From positions 1 to 38,455 of the forward strand of contig JAFGLX010000021.1 of NCBI GenBank assembly GCA_016927795.1: DNA of 38,455 bases, written 5' to 3'. A program made the position numbers and the translations under genes. Source of the stretch: Candidatus Omnitrophota bacterium (GTDB lineage: Bacteria; Omnitrophota; Gorgyraeia; JABMRN01; RBG-13-46-9). Below the pieces are notes generated by a model. That model made no database searches, was not told the origin of the DNA, and worked only from the letters and a program-made list of their open reading frames with translations. Positions 20,701-32,700 of the stretch are shown one piece after another (the first letter of the stretch is position 1; every line of letters starts with the position of its first letter).

Positions 20701-23700
20701 ACGGTTAAAAAAGGTCATTAAAGCTATTGAGGGAGAAACCGCGAAGGAAAAAAGCTACCGGCTGGGATTAGCCTCGAACATAGAAATATACAAAAGGTTC
20801 CCACATTATAAATCACGGCAGGCTTTAAGAAGATTATTCAGGGCTGTAAAAAGAAAACAATTCCTTTCTGACCTGAACTCAAACCGCAAATTTTTAAACC
20901 GTCTCGGAACGCCGAGGCGCATTCTTCTTGATATCGTGGAATACCCGGCACTCTATATAAGAGATGCCGTTAATAGCACAGTAAGTGACGCTGGATTAAC
21001 GGCGCATGCAATAACCGATGCCGCCAGCGCGAAATACCGCGGTTTGCGCAAAATGCTTAATAAGATTAATCTTGCACAGATAAATTACAACCTTTTTATA
21101 TTACAGGATGAAACGATGTATTCATCCGATGATACCGGAGAAAGAAAATACCGCGACCAGATTTTAAGGGTTCTTGAAGAGTTGGGAGGGCTTGGAAGTC
21201 CCGAGGAAATAGCGCACATTTTGCGGAAGTATTACTATATTGGAGCAAAAGGGCAAACCGTGGCCGAACACGCCAGAAAAATAGACTGGAAAAAACTTAA
21301 TGAAGATAGAGAATCCAGGCGGATTTTCCCGCTTCGGGTTATTTACAAAAAAGGTGATTTGAAAAGCGCTAATGGCGTACCTTGGGTATCAAAAATAAAA
21401 GAGGCATTTCTTGAAAAAACCGGCAGCCACCGCAATTTTTCACCTTTTGAAAAAATAACATTGCCCATGTTGTATAAACGCATAACCCGTTTAGTTCGCG
21501 GTAACGGCAATGGAAATGGGGCAAAGGAAGTTATCGAAAATTACTTTAGGCAGGCTGCCGGACTTACATTAAGAATCTCTACGAATCAAGAAATGAAAGT
21601 GGATAGGGATAGCTTTTTCCGATATGGCGTTGAGAGAGCGCTCAATTTGACTTCCGCGCAGCTTGCCTTAAACGGTGAGGACGGCTTTATCAAGAAATTT
21701 GAGCATAACTTAAGAAGAGTGGCAATCGGAGAGTTTCCTCTTGCAAGCTCTTCTTACGCGTACTGGTTGGAGCCGCGGATAGAAAAGGCCCGGGAACCCA
21801 TTCCGGACGCGGAAACTGTAGAGGTTCAGCCTTCAGGTGTACGTTTTACTACTGATAAAGAAGAAGAAGCACGGGCTTTTCAACAAGGCAGGGCGCGCTT
21901 CTTTAAGACACCGCGGAAAGAGATGTCCAAGAAGCCATTGTTCCAACATGTTATACCATTTGAGCGAGGCACGACACCGGAGGATATACTAAACGGAATA
22001 GATTTGGATAAAATAGTCGGCGATATGCTCAAATTTATATCATCCCATACGGAGATAGCTTATGATATAAAAGAAAAGATTACAGACCCTCAATCGGATC
22101 TTGACTGGTTAATGCGGGAAACCGTCGAAAACGCGCTTGATTCGATAGCGTTAAGGTTCAAGCGTGATAGAAGTTTTTCCTGTGGCATAGTAGAAATAAA
22201 GGCATATTGTGCGGATAGGACTACCCTTATTATCGAAATTGTAGACAACGGAGAAGGCTCAATAAAAAAGAGCCAGAACCCCTGGAAAAAAAGAAATGCT
22301 AAATCTCTTGGACTTGCCGGCCGTTTTAAAGGGGGAATGCGTCTTATTTATAAAATTGCGAAAGACTTAAGTGGCAAAGCAGAGCTTGTGAACCGAAATG
22401 GTACCAAAGGTGCTATACTCAGAGTTAAATTAACCTCCCGCAGGCCGAAGATAGAAGAAGCGAAAAAACCCGTTCCGGATGCGGGATCCGAATATCACCT
22501 GCCGTCATTCGGGCCATTAATGATATTTTTCGCCTTTTGGTTTAATTACGAAAAGCTCAAAAGATTAATCCTATCGCTGCAAGGCATTTTGAAAAAAATA
22601 GCCGTAAAATGCCATCCGAGTACAGGCCCACCTCAAGTAGTATCCGCTTTTAGCAGGGCATGGAAGGCTATAGTCGAGAGCAAGGCCTGGAATATATTTT
22701 TGGGTTCATCGGCTATTTTTACTTTAGGTGCCCCAATTTTCTGGTGGGCGCTTAAATACGGAATGCAGAAAGATGCCTCTCTCGTTACGGTTATCGCCAG
22801 CTTCCAGACAGTGGCGACGTATTTTATGGCCACCGAACTTGTAAAAATCGAAGAACGCGCTCTAAAAAAGTTTTTTGCCGTTTTACTCGTTACACTAGGC
22901 GTCCTTTCATTTTCACTCGCCAAGCTTTTTGAGGCAAATTTCGCAATAAATTCTGTCATAGGAATAGTTTTACTCTCATCGGCGTGTATTTTTATATTTC
23001 CAATGCAGTATACTTTCGGCGCCAGAGCCACGCAGGCGCACAACGTGAATCCCAACCTTTTGACAGCGTTAGGATTTAGTGTGGGGGCAATCACATCATC
23101 AATCATCCAGCTTATGATAGAGCCCGCTTTGGCCCTTAATCCTGTGGGACTATTTGAACATCTGTCGGCGCCTATTTTCACACTAAACGTTTTCTGTTTC
23201 TTATATGTACTGAAAGAGCTGATACAGTGGCTTCCGTATAATTATTTTCTAAAAAAACTCGGGGCGTCCGTGACGCAGGCCTCGTTTGCGACAGTGCCTT
23301 TCATAACCTTCGCTATAACGCTTTTCCTTGCGCCTTTTAATATTACACCGGGTTTGGTGGCTATTTTTATAACGTCGATTATGATGGTTGTAGGGGGTAA
23401 TATATGGCTTGTCCGCCACAGTAACCAAAACAATACCGGCGCGAAAAATAAATCGAACCTACTTTTTATATGTACTCTTCTATTTATAGCGGTTATCGCC
23501 AGGGCAACAGGGCCTGTTTTTGGCATAAAACTTGTTACAGGACCGGAGGACTTCTCTTTCATCCAGGCAATGTTCTCCGTTAATTTACTTTCGGCGGCTT
23601 TTTCATGGATAGTAGTTGCGATGTCGCCCGGACGAAAAACAAAGCCTAAATATTCCGCGCTGAAAACGTTTGTATTACGGTACATGCTGTTTAGGGGAAC

Positions 23701-26700
23701 GAAAATTAGATGGCCGGACAATAAATACAACCGTTCATTGAGGGCAAGAATCGAGCATTTCCGGCAGGACTTAGATAAAACAAACGCCTGCCGTAACGGA
23801 AAGATTATTTTGAGCGACAATCCGGATAATCTTATAACACGTTTGAGTTTCACATCGTTTAAGAACAGTAAAAAACCCACAAAGTTTGTCGGGGCAGTTA
23901 TTACGGCGGTAAACGATAAAACGGCAACCATAAAAATATACGGTTACAATGTGCATAACACAGCCGAAATTTTCAGGTCGAAAACCAAACCGGTAAAACC
24001 GGTATGCGAGATTGAGCTGGCGACCGTTGCGCCGCTCGATGACGGTGACAATCCCGCGGAGCTTGAGGAACTAATGAGGGATTACCAAAACTACTTTTTC
24101 GGGGAAATTTTCTGGATAGAACCCGTTAGAGATAAAATTAACGATAACGTAAAAGAAGAATTTCCGTCCACTACGCCACAAAACCGCCTACCCGCAGTAA
24201 GTGCGGAGGATAAGGTGGCCAAGCTTTTACCCAAACCGGCAAATCCAGTCCAGTCGGTAGGAAAGGAATGGTGGCTTGAGGACAGTCACGGTGGTATACT
24301 CTGTCCGATTTCAGCCATGAGAAGAAGAAGCGGGCAGGGGATAGGCGATTTAAGATGCGTAGATTTATTTCTGGAGCTAATCAATAAAAAGAAATTCGAT
24401 TTTGCCATGTTTCTCCCGACATCTCTTACAATGCCCGATGACCCAAGCCCGTATAACAGTATAAGCGTCTTCGCGAATAACGCCATAGCGCATATTCCGC
24501 TTGATGAATTAATCGGAAAAGATGTTTATGAGTCGTATCTGGATCTTTTTGTCGCAAAAGAGTGGCATTGGTTAATGGAGCATAACAAAATACGTCTTAT
24601 GCAACACTTAAACCCGGCCTTGATAGAAGAGATGAAAGGCATGATGGTTGTTGCGGACAATGAGTCCGCGCGGAATAATCTAAGGGCTTATCTTAAATCC
24701 ACTATAAAAGACGCTAAGAAAGCCGCCAGAGTAGACTATCCACTAATATACAGGTTCAATAATTTTGTACTTAGACAGGAATTTGAAAGGGTCTTTGAGA
24801 GACTGGCAAGCGGCTCTGTTGAGGCGTTTAACGTTTATGTCAATAAAAACGCGTACTGGCTTAAAGACTATAGCCTGTTCCACGCGCTACTCGATTATCA
24901 TAAAGGTTTTCCCTGGTGGACGTGGGAAAAGCCGTATCGCAACCCGGCTTCCGGCAATGCCGATTATAAAAAGATTATCGCGGAATTTTCCGGAAAACAT
25001 AAAAAAGAAATACTTTTTTATCAATACCTTCAGTGGCTTTATTATGAAAGATGGCAGAAAGTCATCCGGCACGCCAGGAACCTGAATAAAGAACTAATAG
25101 GGGACATGCCTATATACCCTTCCTGCAACAGCGCGGAGGTATGGGCCAATCAGGATTTATTCGATTTTTCCAAGACTGCGGGTGCTCCACCGGATATGTT
25201 TAACGACGCGGGACAAAACTGGGGTTTTTATCCTTATCGATGGTTTGATAGAAAGAAAAAAGTGCTCGATTTCTGGAAGAAGCGCATAAGGTACATGGCG
25301 GAATTTTATGACGCTGTCAGGGTCGACCACATTCTCGGTCTTTGTTCGGAGTGGCTTGTCGATTTTGGCAAGGCCGCCTCCGAAGGTAAATTTTATCCGG
25401 AAGACGATTTAGAAGCGGCAAAGCTGGGACGTGAAGTTCTGACAGAACTCGCAAAAACAGCCGCTGACACAAATACACTTTTGATAGGAGAAGATTTAGG
25501 AGTAAGGCCGCCCGAGACGAGGAAGATGCTTGACGAATTGCCATTAGAGCTTAATAACCTATTTTTGTATAACATAATAGGTTGGCGCGAAAAACATATG
25601 GCCAGAAGGCCGCATGTTATGTTTACGGATACCACGCATGACACGCCCCCTGTGTTTTCACTGCGATATAAAATAATGAATGAGGACGAGAGAAGGCAAA
25701 CGGCTGAATTTCTTCAAGCTTATAATGTGGAAATAGCTAGCGGGGACACGGAGGAATCGGTTGAGGCGAAAGTTATGGAAGCGATGCGCAATACAGGCTT
25801 TTATTGTTACACTATCCAGTCTTTATTAAATTATAAAGGTGATTCGCAGTTTAACGAACCCGGTACGGTAGGGCCGCATAACTGGACGTGGATGATGCCG
25901 GAGGAGCTTGAGACGGTTTTGCAGAAAGTAGAATCTACTCCGGAGATGATATTGCCTGAAACCGGCTCCGCAGGTAGCGTTAAACCTGCCCCCGATTACG
26001 GCATATCCATAGTGCCGGGGAAACGCGGCCGCGGGTTGCGTGTTTATGATTCTATCGTTTCAATAACGGTCGCGTATCTTGCATCAGCACTCTGGTTTTC
26101 TATATGCGCATTCGTGGCTGTCATGTTAGCGATAAGCATATCGGGACCGGTAGACCTTTATGAATTTATTTTTAAAAACCTTTTTGCTTTAAATTCACTC
26201 CATTCATGGCTGCTTGTAAGTTTATGCGGTACATCATTTTTATATGTCGGGAGACTTGTCGAAGACATGATATTCGCAAAATTAAATTTCGCTAAAGATG
26301 CCAATCTGTATTTAACCGACCAAAAAGGACAGTCTTTTCATTACAGGGGCCCTTCTTACATAAGTCACGGCATCGCTAAAGATGAACGCCATGTAATAAT
26401 GATAGGTAAATCCATTTTTAGAAAGTTGTATTATTTCCTGAACGACGCCGTTAATGAGATTTCCGCAATGGAGAATATCAAATTTTTGCTTATTATTTCC
26501 TGCAACCCCTCATCCTCTTATGGTGGCCCCGCCGAAATACCTTATATCTATCCGAAATCTGTCGCTATGCAGCGCCCTCTTAGCTTTCTGGGAGGAGTAA
26601 ACCCCTTAAAGGGTAGAAAACGCTATCGTGCGCAGAGTTGGTACGTTGTTTTTCCGGGCGGAGAGGAAGTTGAATTGGGCGAGGCGATAAAGCGTGGGTT

Positions 26701-29700
26701 GCTTGGGGAAACAACCGTGGCAAAGGCGCCGTCCAGCTCCGAGACCACAGAAGTAAAAAACCCGGCCCCGCCTATTGCAATAATCGCCATCGCGGCGCTC
26801 CCTGTTATCGGCAGATTATCCGTTAAATTATGGAAATGGGTAAAACGCGCTACAGGAATATTCAAGAAAACGGCCAAAATGACCAGGGCCGAGAGATATG
26901 TATTTAGACTCAAAAATGAGGCCCAGTATTTTTATGACAGCGCCGTAATGTCATTTGCGAACTCCTCCTACCTCGACGCGATAACTTCTTTTGAGAAAAG
27001 CGCCGATATTTATATAGAGTTACATGGTCTTGTTACGGACAACACTGTTTTTAGTGAAAAATTGCGCGCGATAGCCAAAACACTCAAAGAAATTTTAGAT
27101 TACATAAGTAACGAAGGGGATTATGAAGAGTGCCTGGGGGCGCTGCAAAAACTTTCGGGTATGCAGAAAAGGACGGGTAAATTATCCAATCTGCTTTACT
27201 TAGTCAAAACAATCGCGGGAATGAACGAGAATATAATATCAGCACGCATACAAAGAAGGCTTATGAGTAAAGACGTAAGTTGGAAAGTAAGATTTGACGA
27301 GAAAAATCTTAAAATAGGCGACGCGGTTCTGGATAGGCGTTTTCGTATGTTGCTTTTATACAAAGGCCGCTTTCGCCGAAAGTTAACAGGCATGGCATCA
27401 AGGAAAAGGGCGCACCAGCTAGATTCACCGACGGGACATCAGAGTTTATCTATAAACAGCTTTTCGCAAATAGGGTTACTAAAATTTTTGTTACTTAGAC
27501 CACCCGCATCCTTCTCCCGGGAGTCGGAGAAGGAAGAACCGTCCGCAAAAATATCGAGTTATGTAATTAAGCTTATTGACGAAAATACGGCGGATGCCAG
27601 AATTGTGTTGTGCACCCTTCTTGAGCATAAAGATATAAGCGATACCGTAAAGGGGGTAATCATAACATATGCGACCGGTCCGGAACATGAGCCGATAAGG
27701 GCCCTTCTTCCATCCGTGCGCCACGCCGATAATAACGAAGACGCTCCCGATGACTTCCCCGGCACCAAACGTTACTTTATGACACCGCGAAAAAAACCGA
27801 AGCGGCCATCCAGAAAACCGCCTACCACCGCCAACCCCGGGTTGGAGGTGGTTAGACCGCTAGCCTGGCCGCAGGCACCTGTGGAAGTGTTAACGCAGAC
27901 GGATACAGGTATCTTTCCAAACGCATTGTGGCATGGGAGCGAAGTAGAATTTAATGTTATAAGAAAAGCATTGGGCTTATCCATAAAGGAGTATAGAGCC
28001 GCCCTTAATGCTGGAAAACCTAAACCGCTATCGCCGGTGACAATGGATGTTTATTTGCATCGCAGAAAAAATCCGGTTCCATATTTACACCTTGAATGGG
28101 CACGCAAGCTGTATGCTCAGAACGCCCCGCGCCGGCTTGAGGTATTGCTTAAAAGGCGCAATTTAACCGTCGAACAATTTACAGCCGAGCTTGGCGAAAG
28201 CGGTATTACTGTATACGTGTACGAGATAAAAGAGATGCTGGAAAATAAAAGGCCTGTCCCATATGAAATTTTGATAACCGCAACCAAGAACGACAGTGAA
28301 AAGTCAGGCCCTTTATTTGACAGGATATACCGGTGCTCAAAGCTGGTAGGAATAGAATTCAGTGAGAAGGTAAGCCCCGGTTCGCCTTTACCGAACTATT
28401 ACATGTATGAGATGAGAAGTGGTAAGCGGCCGATTCCCGATGAAATTATGCTTAATGCCCTGAAGCTAAACGTATCTTTGCTGGGCGAAGGTATTACTCA
28501 ATCTTCGCAGTTGCAATCCGAATCGGACGATGTAATACCGCCGGCAGTACAGGGACTGGCGGAGCAGGAAGATACGGCCACGATAATAAAGCAAGATGGT
28601 TTGCCGATTAAGAGCGTATCCGCCGCGGCAAAAAGCGGCGAGTTGCCGGTTGAGAGCGAAAAAAGGCCTATAAAATTTGAATTTCTCGAGGTAGGCCAGA
28701 TAATTACGCTTGGCGGTAGGGACTATAAAATTCTACGCCGATACTTTGCCCATGATAACCATAAATGGATAAAATTAGTGGAGGACATAAAGACGCACGA
28801 AATTTTTATTATCAAAGGTTTCAACAAAGACCATATAGATACCATAAACGCGCTGAGAAATTTACAACACCCCTGCCATGCTAAAATAATTAAAGTGTTC
28901 GAGCCGGAAGGTGCCTTTATGATGCCCGACTATGGAGCAGAAACATTTATCGACCATATATGCCAAAGCGCGGATGAAGGTTTGCCTTTGAAAGAGTGGC
29001 TTTCGGCGAGAGTAAACGAGGTAATATGGCTTTTGGAGGCCATTAAAGAAATGTCCGAAATCGGCAGAGACCATGGCGATCTATTGGATAAAGAACACCA
29101 TATTTTATATTCTGACGGCTTGCCGCACATCGTAGATTATCATATCTCTTCCTTATCCCGAGACCACTCCCGCGATCTTCACGGCATTATTTTGCAGGCA
29201 GAAGAGATAGTACGTACGGCAGAAGCAGCCTATGGATCGGGCGTTCCAGGGACGGGTATTATAGAAGAACTTGGCCGAATATTGGACGATATGAACGGCA
29301 GTTTTGAGCAGACTTTTACAAGAAAAAATGCCGATGAATTTATAAATATTCTGGCACAGTATCTCGATTCTATCGGTATGAAACGCATATCGGCCCAATC
29401 CGTGCTGACGCAGCCCGATTTACCCCCGCATTCGGAAATAGTTACGACTGTTTCTGAACCGATAACGCGGGTTGTCATAATTCCTGCCGGCGGCGTGGAA
29501 TTGCTCAAGCCGCACCAGCCCCCGCTTGAAAGATATAGTATAGAAGACGATGAAAATCTCGGCGAGTGGAGCGGCGGATTACCGGAAGGGGTAGACAAAA
29601 AAGGGTCAGGTAGCAAGCAGGAGGAGTTGGACAAGCCGCTTGGCATTGAACTTGTACCCGGCGTATTTGTACTTGAAGACGCAGTAAATACCGCGCTTGC

Positions 29701-32700
29701 AATGATATATCCTTCAGAAGAACTTCGCAGCAGTGTATTCAGGCCGATGAGCCCGCAGGATTACGACAGATTTCTAGAATTTATACGGCAAGGAGACAGC
29801 AATCTTTATTCCCTTGTTGATAAAACCGCCAAAGGCCTGCGAAGGCTCAACAGCGTATTGCAGCGTTCAATGGCGCTTGCTTTTATAAGTAAAGGAGGTC
29901 TCCTGCAAGATACTAACGCCATACGGCTTAAATTCAAGAGATACTCTTTCGCGGCGGCAGTAAATAATCTTTCGGCAGATGACTACAGATTATTTTATGC
30001 CTATTTTTCATCTCTTTTCGGGCGATGGTGGCAGGAGGCGGCGCCGGAATCTTACGGAAGGTTCATAAGCGGTTTGGAGTATATTGCCGAACACGATGTA
30101 CCACCTGGTCAACGCGAGCGCTTTAATGAAATTGTGACGAGGGTAAAGACGGACGCCGAGCAGCTTTATAAGCTTATGATTCATAATTTCGTACACCATT
30201 TCGGGGGCCGGATTCTGCCTCCCGAGCATAAAGATCCGCTGTCCGGCGGCCTGAGCGGCGAATTGCCGGATGCGGGATCCGAATGGCCAATTACATCTGG
30301 TAGCAGTGGTTATGACTTGCCTACAAGCGTGTTTAATGGCCTTATGGTAAAGCTTCTTGCGGCAGGTTTTGATGAAGGCCAAGCGCAATTGGTTATTTCG
30401 CAATTGTGGCTTGACGCGAATGTGGAGGATTGGAATAAGGCATACGAGATTATGAATCTTCTTATTGATATTATGGTCGTTGCAGGATTATCGCCGCGGG
30501 ATTATAAGGCATTGAACCAGCTATGGGATTTACATTGGAAGAGTTATAAAGAAAAAATGCCGGCAGAGTGGCTAAGAAAAATAAAAGAGGATCTCAGTAC
30601 AATCCCGGTGGAAGAGAGAAAAAATGTTATTGAGAATGTGCCAATTTCAGGTGCTAATTTAGAATTGGTTGGCAGGTATGGCTTAGCTCGCGCAAAGGAG
30701 GCATTCGGGATATCTGGAAAAGAATCGATCGATGCGGATGAAAGAATAGAAAGTAAGGCACTTGTAGCGGATGCTGAAACAGGAGAAAATATTCCTGCTA
30801 CATTTAGCGTTCGAGCGGATAACAGAGACGAAGAAAGCATTTATATCAATTATAAAAGAAGCCCAGATTTTCCGGGATTTAGCGGGTATTTAAAAACCAA
30901 GGTAGATAGAGAATGCATGTATGTAAGTGAGATTAATTCGCAAGAGTGGGATAAGTTGGATACGTCCGCCAAGTCCAAGATAACCGATTGGAGACAAAGA
31001 TTATTAGATGAAGCTATTAGGTGCGCCGGGGAAAGAGGATTGAAAAAAGTCGTCATTGCGCCCTACTGCGCATACAGGCTTATAGGCGGCTGCTCGGTTT
31101 ACAGAGGATATAAGGATTTTACCAGTTTGCCTTTCGAAGCAGGTTTTAAATTGAGAGTTTATGACGAAAAAACATCTTTTAGCGTGCGCGATAAGCATAT
31201 GGCCTCATATATGTTATGGGAATTAGATCTCACGGGGACTGATGCGAGGCCCGTTTCAGATAAAGAAGATAGCGGAGATATTTCAAGACGGGATCTTATA
31301 ATGCCTATATTGGCAGCTCTCGGTATAACGCTAGCGGTATTTTCAAAAGGTCGCGCTCAAGGATTGGAGTTGGACCTTAACGATAAAATAAATGACCAGA
31401 CCGAAGGACGATGCCCTGAAAGTGTAAAGATCGCCATAAACGACGCGCTGAACACGATTACGCGCAGACGCGATATGAGGAGTTATCAGATAGAACGCAT
31501 AGACATAGTTAACGCTGATGGCGGAGGGTTTAATGTTAAATTCGTTGTTAATACACGAAATGGCAGGCCCGAACCTCCATTCACAGACGTCCCGTTTACC
31601 AAACAGGATTTGGCAGACAAGGAATTATTGCAGAGTAAGATTGACCTTGTAACACGCAATATCATCGGCAGAGCATATTTGCCGGTCGAAATAAAGGGAT
31701 TGAAATATATTCGCCACTTAGCCATGAGTTTAATCTACGCTATCATCCCCGCACTTATAATACTTGTTTTAAGAGACGCATTCAGAAGATATCGCGCCTA
31801 TGTTAATTCGCAGAGAGAATCAGAGGCGCTAAAAAGAGAGCATGATTACCAGAAGCGGCAGGCCGACCGCCACGCGGGCTTAACAGACCGGAGCGCTTCC
31901 GATATCAGAAAACGTCGTCGAGGATCCATTATTTTTGGAGAAGATTCAAGAGGCACCTCTCGCGGCAAGGATATATCTCTCGCATTGCCGGGAAAGAAAT
32001 TCGACCTGTCGCCAAGAGACGTAGCGGAATGGCCCCCAATGATAAGGGAATTATTAAGTAAAAAACATAGAAAAATCTGGGAATGGGAGGAGCTTCTCGG
32101 GGCACTGGCCGGTTATTTCCCGGAAGGCCTTGCCACGCCCGAGAATATCGAAAAGATAACAAAAGGCACATTGAAAGCCAAAACCATAAAGTCTGCCTTG
32201 CGCGCTTACGGCATCAGGGAGAAGGTGGGAATTGCAGGCGAAAGGCGTTCAAGGGATGAATGGATAAAGGTTTTGAGAGTCTTATCCGACTTGTGTCCGG
32301 AAGGCGTTCGCACACCCGCGGATATAGCAAAAATTATCCAAGGGTATCTCACGGAAGAACAAATAATAAGCGTGATAAGGCGCCATAAGCTGACATATGA
32401 AGAGACAGGTATTGTGCTTTCTTCTGGTAAACCAGCGGAAACCATTACGGATGCAAAATCCGGATTTGGTAAAGAGAATAAAATCGGCCCCGGGCCGATG
32501 ATGATAGCGCTTTTCGCGATACCGTTTTTTGTGCGCATGTGGAGGCGGTTAACCCGAAATATCGACGGGAGAATAGAACTACCCCCGCTATCCGGCGGTG
32601 GGGTGATTTGGAGAATGCTTCGCACCATTCTGCCGGGCGCATTCGGCCTTTGGGCCGTTCCGCCGGGCAAGCCGGATATGCCGGAAAGGAGAAGCGGTCA

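Noticed and set aside
21500-21520. A GNGNGNG low-complexity run inside the giant ORF.
   Set aside because: A seven-residue linker-type repeat with no slippage-prone nucleotide homopolymer. Trivial.
23242-23931. The longest antisense ORF (229 aa), together with 22633..23181 (182 aa) and 14224..14823 (199 aa), considered as possible real overlapping membrane genes.
   Set aside because: They lie opposite the TM-rich parts of the giant ORF. Codons for hydrophobic residues are poor in antisense stops, so long shadow ORFs are expected there. No start context or family motif supports them.
26890-27030. A TPR-like helix pair (AQYFYDSAVMSFANSSYLDAITSFEKSADIYIEL).
   Set aside because: A single degenerate unit, which cannot be told apart from generic helical sequence by eye.
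30840-31200. A possible GNAT acetyltransferase-like segment (ITDWRQRLLDEAIRCAGERGLKKVVIAPY...GFKLRVY).
   Set aside because: Only a loose resemblance to GNAT motif A and B spacing, and no Q/RxxGxG/A signature. Too weak to report as a feature.
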